A stretch of DNA of 48,211 bases. Origin: Bacteroidota bacterium. GTDB taxonomy: Bacteria; Bacteroidota; Bacteroidia; AKYH767-A; OLB10. Position 1 is the stretch's first letter; each line of letters opens with the position of its first letter. Shown here piece by piece: positions 18,592 to 28,334 of this stretch. The DNA lies in NCBI GenBank assembly GCA_043758125.1, contig JAYVOC010000246.1, positions 1 through 48,211 of the forward strand. The letters are read 5' to 3'. Both the position numbers and the translations under genes were made by a program. The notes beneath the pieces are model-generated. The model saw only the letters and a list, made by a program, of their open reading frames with translations. It was not told the origin of the DNA and made no database searches.

Positions 18592-19518
18592 CTATTGTTT
18601 AAAAAGCACCAAAATATCATCTCCTGCAACAGTACCATTTACCTTATCGCGATTTAGTTGAATATTTACAATCTTTAAAAAACTTATTGGATTTATAAGA
18701 ATTAGTCCCAAGAATTTAAAAGGTGAGAGTTGAATATTATCATCATACAGCTTTTGTGTTAATGATGTGCGAACCCGACTTTTAAAACTTGTACTGCAAA
18801 AATTTATCAATTCCACTTTTAATCCGAGCTCCTTTCCAAGCTGCCTGTAGGATTTTTCATTCAGGCGCAGCATGTGATGCGGTGGATTATTTAAAGGATG
18901 ATACCATAGAGCTTCATACGAGATTGGTGAATATGGAGTGGCGATAATTAATGTACCATTCGGTTTTAATCTATTAGCCATTGCTTTCATGAAAGAAATG
19001 GGATTAGGTATATGTTCAAGACAATGAAAAGCAACAATGAAATCAAAATCTTTTTCTTGATACTCCTGAATTGGCAAACATAATGCGTTCAAACCTTTTT
19101 CTAAACAGGCATCAATACTTTTTTGAGTGGTATCCAAACCGATTGCGTCAACTCCGTTTATGCTCTTAAGTTTTTCCAAAAAACTCCCATCACCACATCC
19201 AACATCAAGAACTCTCACTGGCAAAGTGCTCTCTAAAATCAGTTTTTTTACAATTGCATACTCTGGTCGATCGTGAGTATAGTAATGAGGTTGCGAAGCA
19301 AGTAAAGTATAAAATGCATCATTGCCAGGAATGCAGGGATGTGCGAATTCTAAAGTACAATTATTGCAACGATAAATACTGTAATCACTAGTTACTGTAT
19401 TTTCAGGAAATAGTGTATGCATCAAACTGCTTAAACCATTAATTATTTTATTTCTATCAAGATTATACATCAAGGTAGAATTTACTTTGCAAACAAGACA
19501 TTTAACTTCCGAATTCAT
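18592..19518 (-). CDS. Class I SAM-dependent methyltransferase with N-terminal Cys4 zinc-ribbon
   Basis: CLVC..(x31)..CNNC, then VLDVGCGDGSF (SAM motif I) and FDFIVAFHCLEHIPNP. Confidence 0.8.
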   Translation of the reverse strand: MNSEVKCLVCKVNSTLMYNLDRNKIINGLSSLMHTLFPENTVTSDYSIYRCNNCTLEFAHPCIPGNDAFYTLLASQPHYYTHDRPEYAIVKKLILESTLPVRVLDVGCGDGSFLEKLKSINGVDAIGLDTTQKSIDACLEKGLNALCLPIQEYQEKDFDFIVAFHCLEHIPNPISFMKAMANRLKPNGTLIIATPYSPISYEALWYHPLNNPPHHMLRLNEKSYRQLGKELGLKVELINFCSTSFKSRVRTSLTQKLYDDNIQLSPFKFLGLILINPISFLKIVNIQLNRDKVNGTVAGDDILVLFKQ

Positions 19519-19651
19519 TGCGCTTTAAATAGGTATTGAATATTTACAATAAGATTAATTTCTGCCAAATATTATAATGTAAACCAAAGATAATACTTTA
19601 TTATGTGAAGAGAATTTATGCAAATGATAAGTCATTATTTCTAAATTTCAA

Positions 19652-20479
19652 TCATTCTCCTCTTAGTTTCCGGGGAAGGAAATATTTTAAGATCAGTAAT
19701 AAACGTTTGTTAGGATAACGATGAACAAAAAAACAAGAAGGAAAAATATCATATTCAGGGGGATGTTTTCCCTTTGAAATATTAAAAACATTACCAATTG
19801 TTCTGAATTGAGTTGGATCAAGCTGAAAAGTCATTCCTGCTTTTAAGGCTAGCAATGATAAAATAGATTGATCATGCCTGTTTACCTGAAAATCGGGTAA
19901 ATTAGGTTGCCCAAGTTTATTATCATCATCAGTTATAAATCGATCAGTACAAGCAAATTTAAGAACTGTTTTGCTGAAGTCTCTTGCTGATTTACAATTC
20001 TGATAAAATTGGATATTTGCATGAACCATAGGTGCCTCGTAATAAGCCAGTTCATCACAATTTAACGCAATAAAAATGTCCCGTTTTGTGTATTTTGATT
20101 GAGGTCCTTCGTTTGTAAATAACACAACCGGATTATCCTTACTTACAAGGTTAAGAATATGTTGCAAACTTCTTCTGATAATTGTTCCAGCATCAACATA
20201 TAAGAGCAAATCATCTTCATTCAATTGAGAAAGTACTTCGTTAATATAATATGGTTTCCATAACCAATATCCTCCACCAACTTTTTCATCCAGAATATCT
20301 TTGTGCTGCTTATAAAATTCAGTTTTTTCAAGTTGTTTTCTTGTCTTCAATATACAGGAATCCACTCCAAATAATTTCGCAGTGAATGCTAACAATAACT
20401 GTGAAAGCCTATAATTGGGAGTTGCGTATGAAAGTAAAACAACTTTCGACTTAATTTTTTTTTGGTCTTTTTCAGGCAT
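19652..20479 (-). CDS. Hypothetical protein, possible GT-A-like nucleotide-sugar transferase
   Basis: Intact 275-aa ORF in the operon. It has GGGYWLWKPYYINEVL...DDLLLYVDAG, reminiscent of small LOS/capsule glycosyltransferases. The family is not securely recognised. Confidence 0.5.
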   Translation of the reverse strand: MPEKDQKKIKSKVVLLSYATPNYRLSQLLLAFTAKLFGVDSCILKTRKQLEKTEFYKQHKDILDEKVGGGYWLWKPYYINEVLSQLNEDDLLLYVDAGTIIRRSLQHILNLVSKDNPVVLFTNEGPQSKYTKRDIFIALNCDELAYYEAPMVHANIQFYQNCKSARDFSKTVLKFACTDRFITDDDNKLGQPNLPDFQVNRHDQSILSLLALKAGMTFQLDPTQFRTIGNVFNISKGKHPPEYDIFPSCFFVHRYPNKRLLLILKYFLPRKLRGE

Positions 20480-20480
20480 C

Positions 20481-21317
20481 TTATTTCGTTTTAAGTCGTC
20501 TGAAAGTTGCCTTTACAAAACCAATTCCTTTTCTCATTGATAATGGCAAACCGATGTATAGTCTTCGTGAAATTTCTTCAACAATCGTTTCTATTCTTTT
20601 TCCTTTTACAATAAACTCAATGTTTTCCTTTTTACACAATCTTATTGCTTCTCTCATTACAACACTTTTTGTAAGTGCGCCACATAAATAAACTATTGGC
20701 CCATGCACATAATTTTTCCACCGATCTCCTTGAATACAAAGAGATCGATAATTTTTATTTGCGAAACGTTTTGATGCTTCCAACTCAAATTGCCAAGGTG
20801 ATTCTCCGTCTACTAAAAGCTCTGAAAGGATATTTTTATTCCATATTCCAATTTGTAAATTTACAAGATACTCTGAAGCTCTATTTATTTCGCCGTACCC
20901 TGGCGCTTCAGGAAGAATTTCATAATTCCAAATTGATTTATATTTGTAAGGAAAGCAAGCTAGCATCATAAAAGATGCATTATTATTTTGCAAACAACTA
21001 TAAGCATTCTTTACCCATACAGTATTAACTGCTTTATAAATAAAATAATCCTCAAGAATTATCATTACATACTTCTCGGAAATCTGATCTAAAATAATTT
21101 TAAGCTCATCTGACCAATTGCTACTCTTATTGCTATTGATCGAACTTACATTTTGTTCATCAGTTTTTAAAAAGTTGGTGCCTAAATAAATTTTATAGGG
21201 ACAATCGATCCAGAACTTCCTTAAAAAAGAAAAAAATGGCGGCCACAGATTACTATTCTTATCACATGATAAAACCAAAATCGCCAATTGATCATTTTGA
21301 GAATTCAAATCACCCAT
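20481..21317 (-). CDS. Hypothetical protein, possible glycosyltransferase
   Basis: Intact 278-aa ORF 1 nt upstream of the next gene. N-terminal LAILVLSCDKNSNLWPPFFSFLRKFWIDCPYKIYLGTN resembles uncharacterised capsule-locus proteins. No secure motif. Confidence 0.45.
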   Translation of the reverse strand: MGDLNSQNDQLAILVLSCDKNSNLWPPFFSFLRKFWIDCPYKIYLGTNFLKTDEQNVSSINSNKSSNWSDELKIILDQISEKYVMIILEDYFIYKAVNTVWVKNAYSCLQNNNASFMMLACFPYKYKSIWNYEILPEAPGYGEINRASEYLVNLQIGIWNKNILSELLVDGESPWQFELEASKRFANKNYRSLCIQGDRWKNYVHGPIVYLCGALTKSVVMREAIRLCKKENIEFIVKGKRIETIVEEISRRLYIGLPLSMRKGIGFVKATFRRLKTK

Positions 21318-21321
21318 ATTC

Positions 21322-22368
21322 TTATTTATTAAACTGAGTTATTCGAGATATAAAAAATGATTTTGAAAAATAAAAGATAACCGACTTTAAATATTTCGGT
21401 ACTGCAACATTGAAATAATTATGATTTACTAATGTTCCTAGGTTGCATCCATTTCTGAGAAAATGGCCACAGAACCCAAACCACTTTTTATGAAGCATAT
21501 CATTTAAAGTAGTTTGATCATAGAATTTGCTTCTCGAATTCGCTTCAGAAATTTTTCTAAACCAAAGCAAAACATTAGTAGCATAAAACTCATCAAAGGT
21601 GTAATCGAGTTTCAATATTGAATAATGCAATTGATACTCTTCATTAGTTGCGACAATGCCCAATTTTTCAATTTGCATTTGCTGACATTTAAGCATCAAA
21701 TCAAGTTGTACTTCATTGTGTTGGTAAGATATTTGTCCTGAATGTGTGCGATACTTCAATAACACTTCCGGGATATTTGCAAATTTAAGATACTGCGAAG
21801 CACGAATCCACAATTCATAGTCTTCGGCGTGTTTGAATTCTGAGTTAAAAAAAAGGTTGTTATTTATAAATTTCATTCTTCGAAATGCGATTGTGGGATG
21901 CGCGATTGTTGAATTGAAAAGCATTTGTGTTCTTATTTCATTATGCGTTAAACCCATTTCGAAAATCTTATTTGAATCCAGTCCAATAAAATAAGAACCA
22001 ACAACATCAATATCCGCATTTTTTTTAAAGAAATTAACTTGTTTCTCAATTCTCTTCAGAAAGGAAATATCATCAGCATCCATCCGAACAATATATTCTG
22101 TCCGTGCTTCCTTCATCCCTTCGTTCAGTGAAAAAATTAACCCTTTATTATAGTCATGCCGAATACATCTTATCCGTTTATCCTGAAAAGACTGAATAAT
22201 AAACGGAGAACTATCAGTAGATCCATCATCGATAATTAAAAATTCAAAATCACTGAATGTTTGATTTAAAATACTTTCAATGGCTTCCTTCAAATGCTTT
22301 TCAGCATTATAAACTGGCATAACAACAGAAACTAGGGGATGCAAAATCATTTTTACAAAGTTATCCAA
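21322..22368 (-). CDS. Glycosyltransferase family 2
   Basis: VSVVMPVYNAEKHLKEAIESILNQTF, FLIIDDGSTDSS, RMDADD, AEDYELWIR. The probable start is ATG 22350 (MILHPLVSVVMP), which avoids overlap with the upstream gene. Confidence 0.9.
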   Translation of the reverse strand: MDNFVKMILHPLVSVVMPVYNAEKHLKEAIESILNQTFSDFEFLIIDDGSTDSSPFIIQSFQDKRIRCIRHDYNKGLIFSLNEGMKEARTEYIVRMDADDISFLKRIEKQVNFFKKNADIDVVGSYFIGLDSNKIFEMGLTHNEIRTQMLFNSTIAHPTIAFRRMKFINNNLFFNSEFKHAEDYELWIRASQYLKFANIPEVLLKYRTHSGQISYQHNEVQLDLMLKCQQMQIEKLGIVATNEEYQLHYSILKLDYTFDEFYATNVLLWFRKISEANSRSKFYDQTTLNDMLHKKWFGFCGHFLRNGCNLGTLVNHNYFNVAVPKYLKSVIFYFSKSFFISRITQFNK

Positions 22369-23222
22369 GTTGGAGGAAATAAGTCGGATATATCTTTTGA
22401 TTCATCTACAAACCAACGTTTAGGTGCGATTACAATTTTATCTGGATTAGGGTTTAACCATGCTGACCACCAACTAAAAGAACTATTGGCAATTATATTA
22501 TGTTTACATTTTTGTAAGAGATAAAAATCAAGCATTGTATCGGTACTTGTTCCACTAGCATTTATTCCAATTCCATGCTCATGAATGAATGCATCAGTAG
22601 CTTTATGGTCATCAGAAAAAATATAAATTTTATCAATTTTGGTCTTCGACTTTAATAATTTTATAGCGGACAAATAATATTCATCGGGCACAATGCCATG
22701 AATAGCGCTAATTAATGGATTAGAAAGATAATCACCTTTACGCAAATGAATAGATACTGAATTGCAATTACAAATCTTATTTAACAATGGAAAATCTTTG
22801 AATTTATCTTCATTTATCCATTGAAATTCTTTCATGATAATTGCAGCAATCAAAGAGAAATATTTTTCACTTTGCCAATACCCATCTAAAATTAATGGCT
22901 GCTTTTGCTTAAAGAATTCGGAATCGAATTGGAAATATTTTTCCTTATACACTGAAGGATGATTTTCGTTGAAGCGATTTTTGTTCAGCAAGAGATCACT
23001 AAAATAATACTTTGAAGATTTATAGAATTTATAAATATCGAAAACGGAAATTTCCTTCGCCGAAATATTAAAATTATTTAAATCGAAAATTCTATTCTTG
23101 CTTTGCTTGTAAAACTGTGTTTCCAGGCGAAGTGTACATCTGTTCTTTTCTGCTAATGCACGAGCAGCAGCATATTGAAACATTTGGTTTCCTAAGCCTC
23201 CAGATAACTTCGCAATAATCAT
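22353..23222 (-). CDS. GT11 alpha-1,2-fucosyltransferase
   Basis: GGLGNQMFQYAAARALA, HLRKGDY (HxRRGDY motif), IANSSFSWWSAWLN. Confidence 0.9.
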   Translation of the reverse strand: MIIAKLSGGLGNQMFQYAAARALAEKNRCTLRLETQFYKQSKNRIFDLNNFNISAKEISVFDIYKFYKSSKYYFSDLLLNKNRFNENHPSVYKEKYFQFDSEFFKQKQPLILDGYWQSEKYFSLIAAIIMKEFQWINEDKFKDFPLLNKICNCNSVSIHLRKGDYLSNPLISAIHGIVPDEYYLSAIKLLKSKTKIDKIYIFSDDHKATDAFIHEHGIGINASGTSTDTMLDFYLLQKCKHNIIANSSFSWWSAWLNPNPDKIVIAPKRWFVDESKDISDLFPPTWITL

Positions 23223-23224
23223 CG

Positions 23225-23914
23225 TTAGTTTTTAATGGCAATTACGTGCCAACCAAAACACATCAGCTCTGATGATTGATTATCAATAGCTGCATAATTC
23301 TGAAACATTTTTTGTACAATTTTTAGAGCCCACGATTCAATACGAGATGGTTCAGGCAAATTATAATTAATAGCAATATGCCTTGACCTTCCCACCTCTT
23401 GCATAATAGAAGAAAAATAATTTCCGTTTGGAGTAAGTCGCTCAATTTTGAATCCTAATAATGGAAGATGGTGTTCGTAGTAAAACCGAGAGAATCCTGT
23501 ACTGAAATGGTAGGGAGCAAAATGCGTCATGCTGCAGAACGGAGCAGTAAGAATTAATTTCCCTCCTGGCTTTAAAATTCTAGAAAATTCACTCAAGGCC
23601 TTTAATGGATCCGGAATATGTTCAAATACTTCGGTACATAATATTGCATCGTAAGTAGCATCAGCAAGTGGTATTGTAGTAATATCAGAAACAATATCCA
23701 GCTTACCATAATCCCACGAATTCATTTGCAACCCTGTATCTTTTCCCTTAGGGTCATACGCAGCAAAATCCTGTGACGTATACTTTAAATGACCACAAAA
23801 TCGACGATATTGTTGTTCGCCAGCACCGGCATCCAAAAGAGAACTACTAGAAAGTAGTTTCTTTAATTCTTCCTCAACCCAATCAATACGGGTTTGTTCA
23901 TTTATAGAATTCAT
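23225..23914 (-). CDS. Class I SAM-dependent methyltransferase
   Basis: LLDAGAGEQQY (motif I variant), YDAILCTEVFEHIPDP, LKPGGKLILTAP. Confidence 0.8.
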   Translation of the reverse strand: MNSINEQTRIDWVEEELKKLLSSSSLLDAGAGEQQYRRFCGHLKYTSQDFAAYDPKGKDTGLQMNSWDYGKLDIVSDITTIPLADATYDAILCTEVFEHIPDPLKALSEFSRILKPGGKLILTAPFCSMTHFAPYHFSTGFSRFYYEHHLPLLGFKIERLTPNGNYFSSIMQEVGRSRHIAINYNLPEPSRIESWALKIVQKMFQNYAAIDNQSSELMCFGWHVIAIKN

Positions 23915-24005
23915 ATTTACAACAACAATATTTCCATTTTAAATTAATGCTAATAATAATTCAATATCTTATTTTGAGAAATAAGAATCGACCATTAATA
24001 AGACT

Positions 24006-25268
24006 TCAATCAATATAATTCTTTTTTTTCTTTGAGTACTTTTTTAAGATATCCCAAAATTGAAGTGCGATGCGCTCTGGTGAATGATTTACCCTAATCG
24101 CATTAGCGCCGTTTTCAGCAATTTGCGAATAATATTCTGTCTTACTAATTAAACTTAACAAGTACATTTTTAACTCTTCAATATTTTTATAAAGCAGATA
24201 ATCGTGTCCCTCTATTGCTTCTATATTTTCGAAAGCCATTTCAGTACCAATACCTAATAATCCACTAGCCATTGCATGCAAAACTTTACCTTTTGTTCCA
24301 GTACCAACAGTTATTGGAAAAATTTGCGCCTGCATTGATATCAATGCTTCATGAAAATCAGTAACCCATTTAATTGTCTTAACTTGATAACCTACTTCTT
24401 CGAGTTCACCATTAATATCTTCGAATCCCGATCCGATAAAATCAAGTTCGTAATAATCTCTAAACTCGCCAGCATTTGCAACAAGCATTTTAATTACTTG
24501 ATCTAATCCATTACGTAAATAAATACTATCAGCTTGACCTGAAATCAATAATTTCTTTTTGTTGTTTAAAGGAAAAGGTGCTGCTTTTTTGTTCGCCAAT
24601 TCATTATGTGGATGCGGAACATAATAAGCAAGATTAGTTTTGGAAATTTCATTAAAAAAATTTGCATCTGTTTTACCAACCATGTGTACAGGTACATCAT
24701 TAGCTGCGATTCTTTTTTCTAAATATAAATATTTTTCGTAGCCCCTTTTTATTTGTGACAACTCTTGATCTCCCATTGCTAAGTTTTTATCAAGACATCT
24801 CTTATAATGCAGGGAAGCACTATCCATTCCTGACATTACAATAGGTAATGATTTTAAAGGTTCAATCCACCGAAATAGCCAATTAGGATATAACCATATC
24901 ATGTCATATTTATCTTGAAGAATCTGAGAAATTATTTTTTGTGGTGGCAAAAAAAGTTCAAGTAATCCTGGTAGTTTTTTGATTTCACTTCTTTCCAGAT
25001 ATCGCCTTATGAATTTTTTGAATTTATCAAAAACTGAAAATGATTTGTTATTGATTTTATAAACAGCATTTAAATTTAATTGATCAAAAGATAATTGAAG
25101 GCTATCTTCTGTAACATCATGCTGCTCATAATAAAACAAATCCACGCTAAAATCTGCAGGTCGGAATTTAAGTAATTGAAAGGGTAATGAATTTGGTGCT
25201 TTATGATTATCAGATAGAGGAGGAAACGCTGAGATAAAAGCGACTTTATATTTTGAGTCCAGTTCCAT
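24006..25268 (-). CDS. Probable GT-B fold glycosyltransferase
   Basis: The C-terminal half resembles Glycos_transf_1: FPITVGTGTKGKVLHAMASGLLGIGTEMAFENI. The N-terminal half is not diagnostic. Confidence 0.55.
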   Translation of the reverse strand: MELDSKYKVAFISAFPPLSDNHKAPNSLPFQLLKFRPADFSVDLFYYEQHDVTEDSLQLSFDQLNLNAVYKINNKSFSVFDKFKKFIRRYLERSEIKKLPGLLELFLPPQKIISQILQDKYDMIWLYPNWLFRWIEPLKSLPIVMSGMDSASLHYKRCLDKNLAMGDQELSQIKRGYEKYLYLEKRIAANDVPVHMVGKTDANFFNEISKTNLAYYVPHPHNELANKKAAPFPLNNKKKLLISGQADSIYLRNGLDQVIKMLVANAGEFRDYYELDFIGSGFEDINGELEEVGYQVKTIKWVTDFHEALISMQAQIFPITVGTGTKGKVLHAMASGLLGIGTEMAFENIEAIEGHDYLLYKNIEELKMYLLSLISKTEYYSQIAENGANAIRVNHSPERIALQFWDILKKYSKKKKNYID

Positions 25269-25273
25269 TTTTA

Positions 25274-26206
25274 TTATTGTCTGAATGCATAAATCATTCC
25301 TGTTCCGTTACTGTATGGAAGTAAAGACAGCGCAGAAAAACCTACTTTACCAAGAGGTTCAATTAAACTATCGGGGCCCTTTTCATGCCATTCCATCATG
25401 ATCCATTCAACCTTGCTGATCATTGGTAATTCAACTAATCGGTGAATGATTCCATACTCAGCACCTTCACAATCTATTTTCATTCCGATCGGCAAATCAG
25501 TTTCTTTGAATATTTCATTATTTAAAATATCAATGGAACGAATTAATATTTCTTGTTCAGTAACATTCACTTTCTCTGTGAGACGATCAGGGATACCGCT
25601 AATTCCAACACTGCCTTTCCAATCGTAATTATATTTCAGTTTTAGTTTTTCATCCTTCTCTCCTACACCAAAATTATGGGTTGTTATTTTTGTATTAATA
25701 TTAGGATTTAAGGAAAGATTTTTTAATGCCTGATCGTATGTAGGCTTGAAGGGTTCAAAGCCATGTATTGCGATAACATTAGGCCTTGTTGCAAAAAATA
25801 AAGAGGAGAAACAAACATTCATTCCAATATCGGCAATGACATGAGGCTTTTGATAAAAATAATTGTATACTCCTTCAATATGAATTTCAAACAAAATAAA
25901 TAAATCTTCTTCTGTTTGAACGTGATGATTTATGCCTTTTATTTGAACATGTAATTCTTTACCATTCCATAAAAATTTTGCATCATGAGTTTCTTTTAAT
26001 TTTTTTGCGTATCCATAACCGTTAATCAAAAAGTCGGGATTATAATCTGCTGGAATTTCACATCCTAATAGGACAAAATTAATTGAACCAGCTCCTGGTA
26101 TTTTCACTATTTCAGAATACGGAATTCCTTTTTGATATAAAGTCCGAGTCAGTTGATCAGCAACGGAAACCTTGAGGCGATTAATAACACGATTGAGAAC
26201 TCGCAT
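25274..26206 (-). CDS. FkbM family methyltransferase
   Basis: ADIGMNVCFSSLFFA, HGFEPFKPTY, MKIDCEGAEYGIIHRL (the FkbM signature KxDxEGxE). Confidence 0.8.
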   Translation of the reverse strand: MRVLNRVINRLKVSVADQLTRTLYQKGIPYSEIVKIPGAGSINFVLLGCEIPADYNPDFLINGYGYAKKLKETHDAKFLWNGKELHVQIKGINHHVQTEEDLFILFEIHIEGVYNYFYQKPHVIADIGMNVCFSSLFFATRPNVIAIHGFEPFKPTYDQALKNLSLNPNINTKITTHNFGVGEKDEKLKLKYNYDWKGSVGISGIPDRLTEKVNVTEQEILIRSIDILNNEIFKETDLPIGMKIDCEGAEYGIIHRLVELPMISKVEWIMMEWHEKGPDSLIEPLGKVGFSALSLLPYSNGTGMIYAFRQ

Positions 26207-26230
26207 GAATTATTGATATTTTAATCCCAA

Positions 26231-27088
26231 TTAATGAGAATTTTTCTTGTCCAGCTTTTTAATAATGTACAGAGAATCAATTTCTGTTAAAGATACGCTA
26301 TTTACTGCTTTATTTTTACTTGAAGAACTTACTAATAATCGACCTGCTTTTCTTAATAAATTATTGACGAACCCTGAAGGTATATCGTTGACAATTTCAA
26401 GAAATTTTTTCTCACTCATTTCGTTATTTGATTTTGTGAGAAAATGATTGCTTTTTCTATCACTTATCAATTTACTTCCAGTTAACTCTGCAATTTTTTT
26501 TAGTGCATTTACAGAATAAAATGAAATATGCTGGCCATGATAAGGAGCTATATAATCCCAATCATCAGCTTTAGTAATGTTGGAAGGTTTAATAATTGTT
26601 GTGAAATATATTGAGTCAGCATATTTAAATAATGTACGCACATCTTCGAGTGGATTTACCAGATGTTCAAAAACCTCGAAACTTGTTACCAAGCTAAATT
26701 TTTTTTGGTCCGGAAAATCTACAATATCAAAACATCGTGCATAAAGATTTTTGCTGTAAGCATCTGAACGAATAAAGTTGTAGCCTATATCTCTCATTCG
26801 TCTAACAAAAATACCGCTACCTCCTCCGTAATCAAGAACCGGAGAATCGGCATTAGGAAAACAATGATCAATTAATCTTGCAACAATAGCACTATTGTTC
26901 AATGGTCGAGCAACTGACCATACATCATAAATACTTACCGCATCTTGATATGCTTCTTGCAACCAGTAAGGTTCTTCTGTTTGAATAAAATCGCAACTCG
27001 AACAAAAGAAATAAGAGACATCATGTCTTTCAAGAACATTAGCCTTAAAGATTAATTCTGATGAAGATCCGCAAATTTTACAAATCAT
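26231..27088 (-). CDS. Class I SAM-dependent methyltransferase with N-terminal Cys4 zinc-ribbon
   Basis: CKIC..(x22)..CSSC, then VLDYGGGSGIF and FSLVTSFEVFEHLVNP. Its start overlaps the Wzt stop by 11 nt. Confidence 0.8.
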   Translation of the reverse strand: MICKICGSSSELIFKANVLERHDVSYFFCSSCDFIQTEEPYWLQEAYQDAVSIYDVWSVARPLNNSAIVARLIDHCFPNADSPVLDYGGGSGIFVRRMRDIGYNFIRSDAYSKNLYARCFDIVDFPDQKKFSLVTSFEVFEHLVNPLEDVRTLFKYADSIYFTTIIKPSNITKADDWDYIAPYHGQHISFYSVNALKKIAELTGSKLISDRKSNHFLTKSNNEMSEKKFLEIVNDIPSGFVNNLLRKAGRLLVSSSSKNKAVNSVSLTEIDSLYIIKKLDKKNSH

Positions 27089-28331
27089 GATTGCTTTTAT
27101 TTAGGTCTACGTTTTCGGGATTTGTCCAGTTGAATCCTAAGCGTACAACGCCTGGCCATGCTTCTTTATATAACCCACGAACAGTATCTGGATGATCACT
27201 ATCATGCGCATGAAAAGTTAAAATATCAGGAAGATAAACCGAACGTTTAGCAGGATCAAAAAACACTAATTGCACAAGCACAGAAAAATCACCTTCTGCA
27301 AAAACTCTTGCAGGAATCTGCATCGAACGCTTATAAACTCCGGGCTCATAAGTATTAGGTTTCCAATCAGCGTTAGCGGTAATACAATTTCCCTCCAACG
27401 TATAAATGCTTGCTCCGCAAATTAAATTACGCACTAGCTTCATTACATTAAACGTAAGTTCTACATCACATTCCTGATTAATATCAATAACACCTATTGC
27501 TTTATTATTCTGTATTAATTTACAACTTAGCAATTTCACTTCATCATCACCAGGTGCATTTGCAAGTGTCCAGTTCTTTTGATAATCATGATGTGTAATT
27601 CGTGAAATATAAGCAGGGATTACTTCAAATGTATTACCGATTTGTTTTATTTCACCATCATGTAACCAAACTGTTTTTTTGCAGAGTTGAGAAACAGCAG
27701 CCATATTATGACTTACAAATAAAATTGTGCGCCCACTTCTACTCACTTCTTCCATTTGGCCCATGCATTTCCGTTGAAACTCAGCATCACCAACAGCGAG
27801 TACTTCATCAATAATTAAAATTTCAGGTTCCAAAAAGGCGGCTACTGCAAAAGCTAAACGTAATTGCATTCCGCTAGAATATCGTTTTAAAGGAGTGTCC
27901 AGAAATTTTTCAACGCCAGAAAAATCCACAATCTCATCAAACTTAAGATCAATTTCTTTTCTTCTCATCCCAAGTATGGAACCATTTAAATAAATATTTT
28001 CCCTTCCAGATAATTCAGGATGAAAACCAGTACCCACTTCAAGCAAACTGGCAATCCTACCACGCGTAATGATAGAACCTGTTGTTGGTGGTGTTATTTT
28101 AGAAAATATCTTCAACAATGTTGACTTACCAGCACCGTTTTTACCAATAATGCCAATGGTCTCACCACGCTCAACCTGAAAGTTCACGTCGCGTAAAGCC
28201 CAGAATTCTTCAGTGCTTCTTCTACTTTTAAAAACATTCTGAAGCTTCTCTCTTAAACTAAGATAAGCTTGTTGTTCATGATCGATGATGAACTTTTTGG
28301 ATATATTTTTTACTTCTAATATCGGTTTCAT
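27078..28331 (-). CDS. wzt: Polysaccharide ABC exporter ATP-binding protein (Wzt-type) with C-terminal extension
   Basis: Walker A GKNGAGKSTLLK, signature YSSGMQLRLAFA, Walker B ILIIDEVLAVGD, H-loop FVSHNM. About 170 further residues follow the NBD. Confidence 0.9.
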   Translation of the reverse strand: MKPILEVKNISKKFIIDHEQQAYLSLREKLQNVFKSRRSTEEFWALRDVNFQVERGETIGIIGKNGAGKSTLLKIFSKITPPTTGSIITRGRIASLLEVGTGFHPELSGRENIYLNGSILGMRRKEIDLKFDEIVDFSGVEKFLDTPLKRYSSGMQLRLAFAVAAFLEPEILIIDEVLAVGDAEFQRKCMGQMEEVSRSGRTILFVSHNMAAVSQLCKKTVWLHDGEIKQIGNTFEVIPAYISRITHHDYQKNWTLANAPGDDEVKLLSCKLIQNNKAIGVIDINQECDVELTFNVMKLVRNLICGASIYTLEGNCITANADWKPNTYEPGVYKRSMQIPARVFAEGDFSVLVQLVFFDPAKRSVYLPDILTFHAHDSDHPDTVRGLYKEAWPGVVRLGFNWTNPENVDLNKSNHDL

Positions 28332-28334
28332 AGA

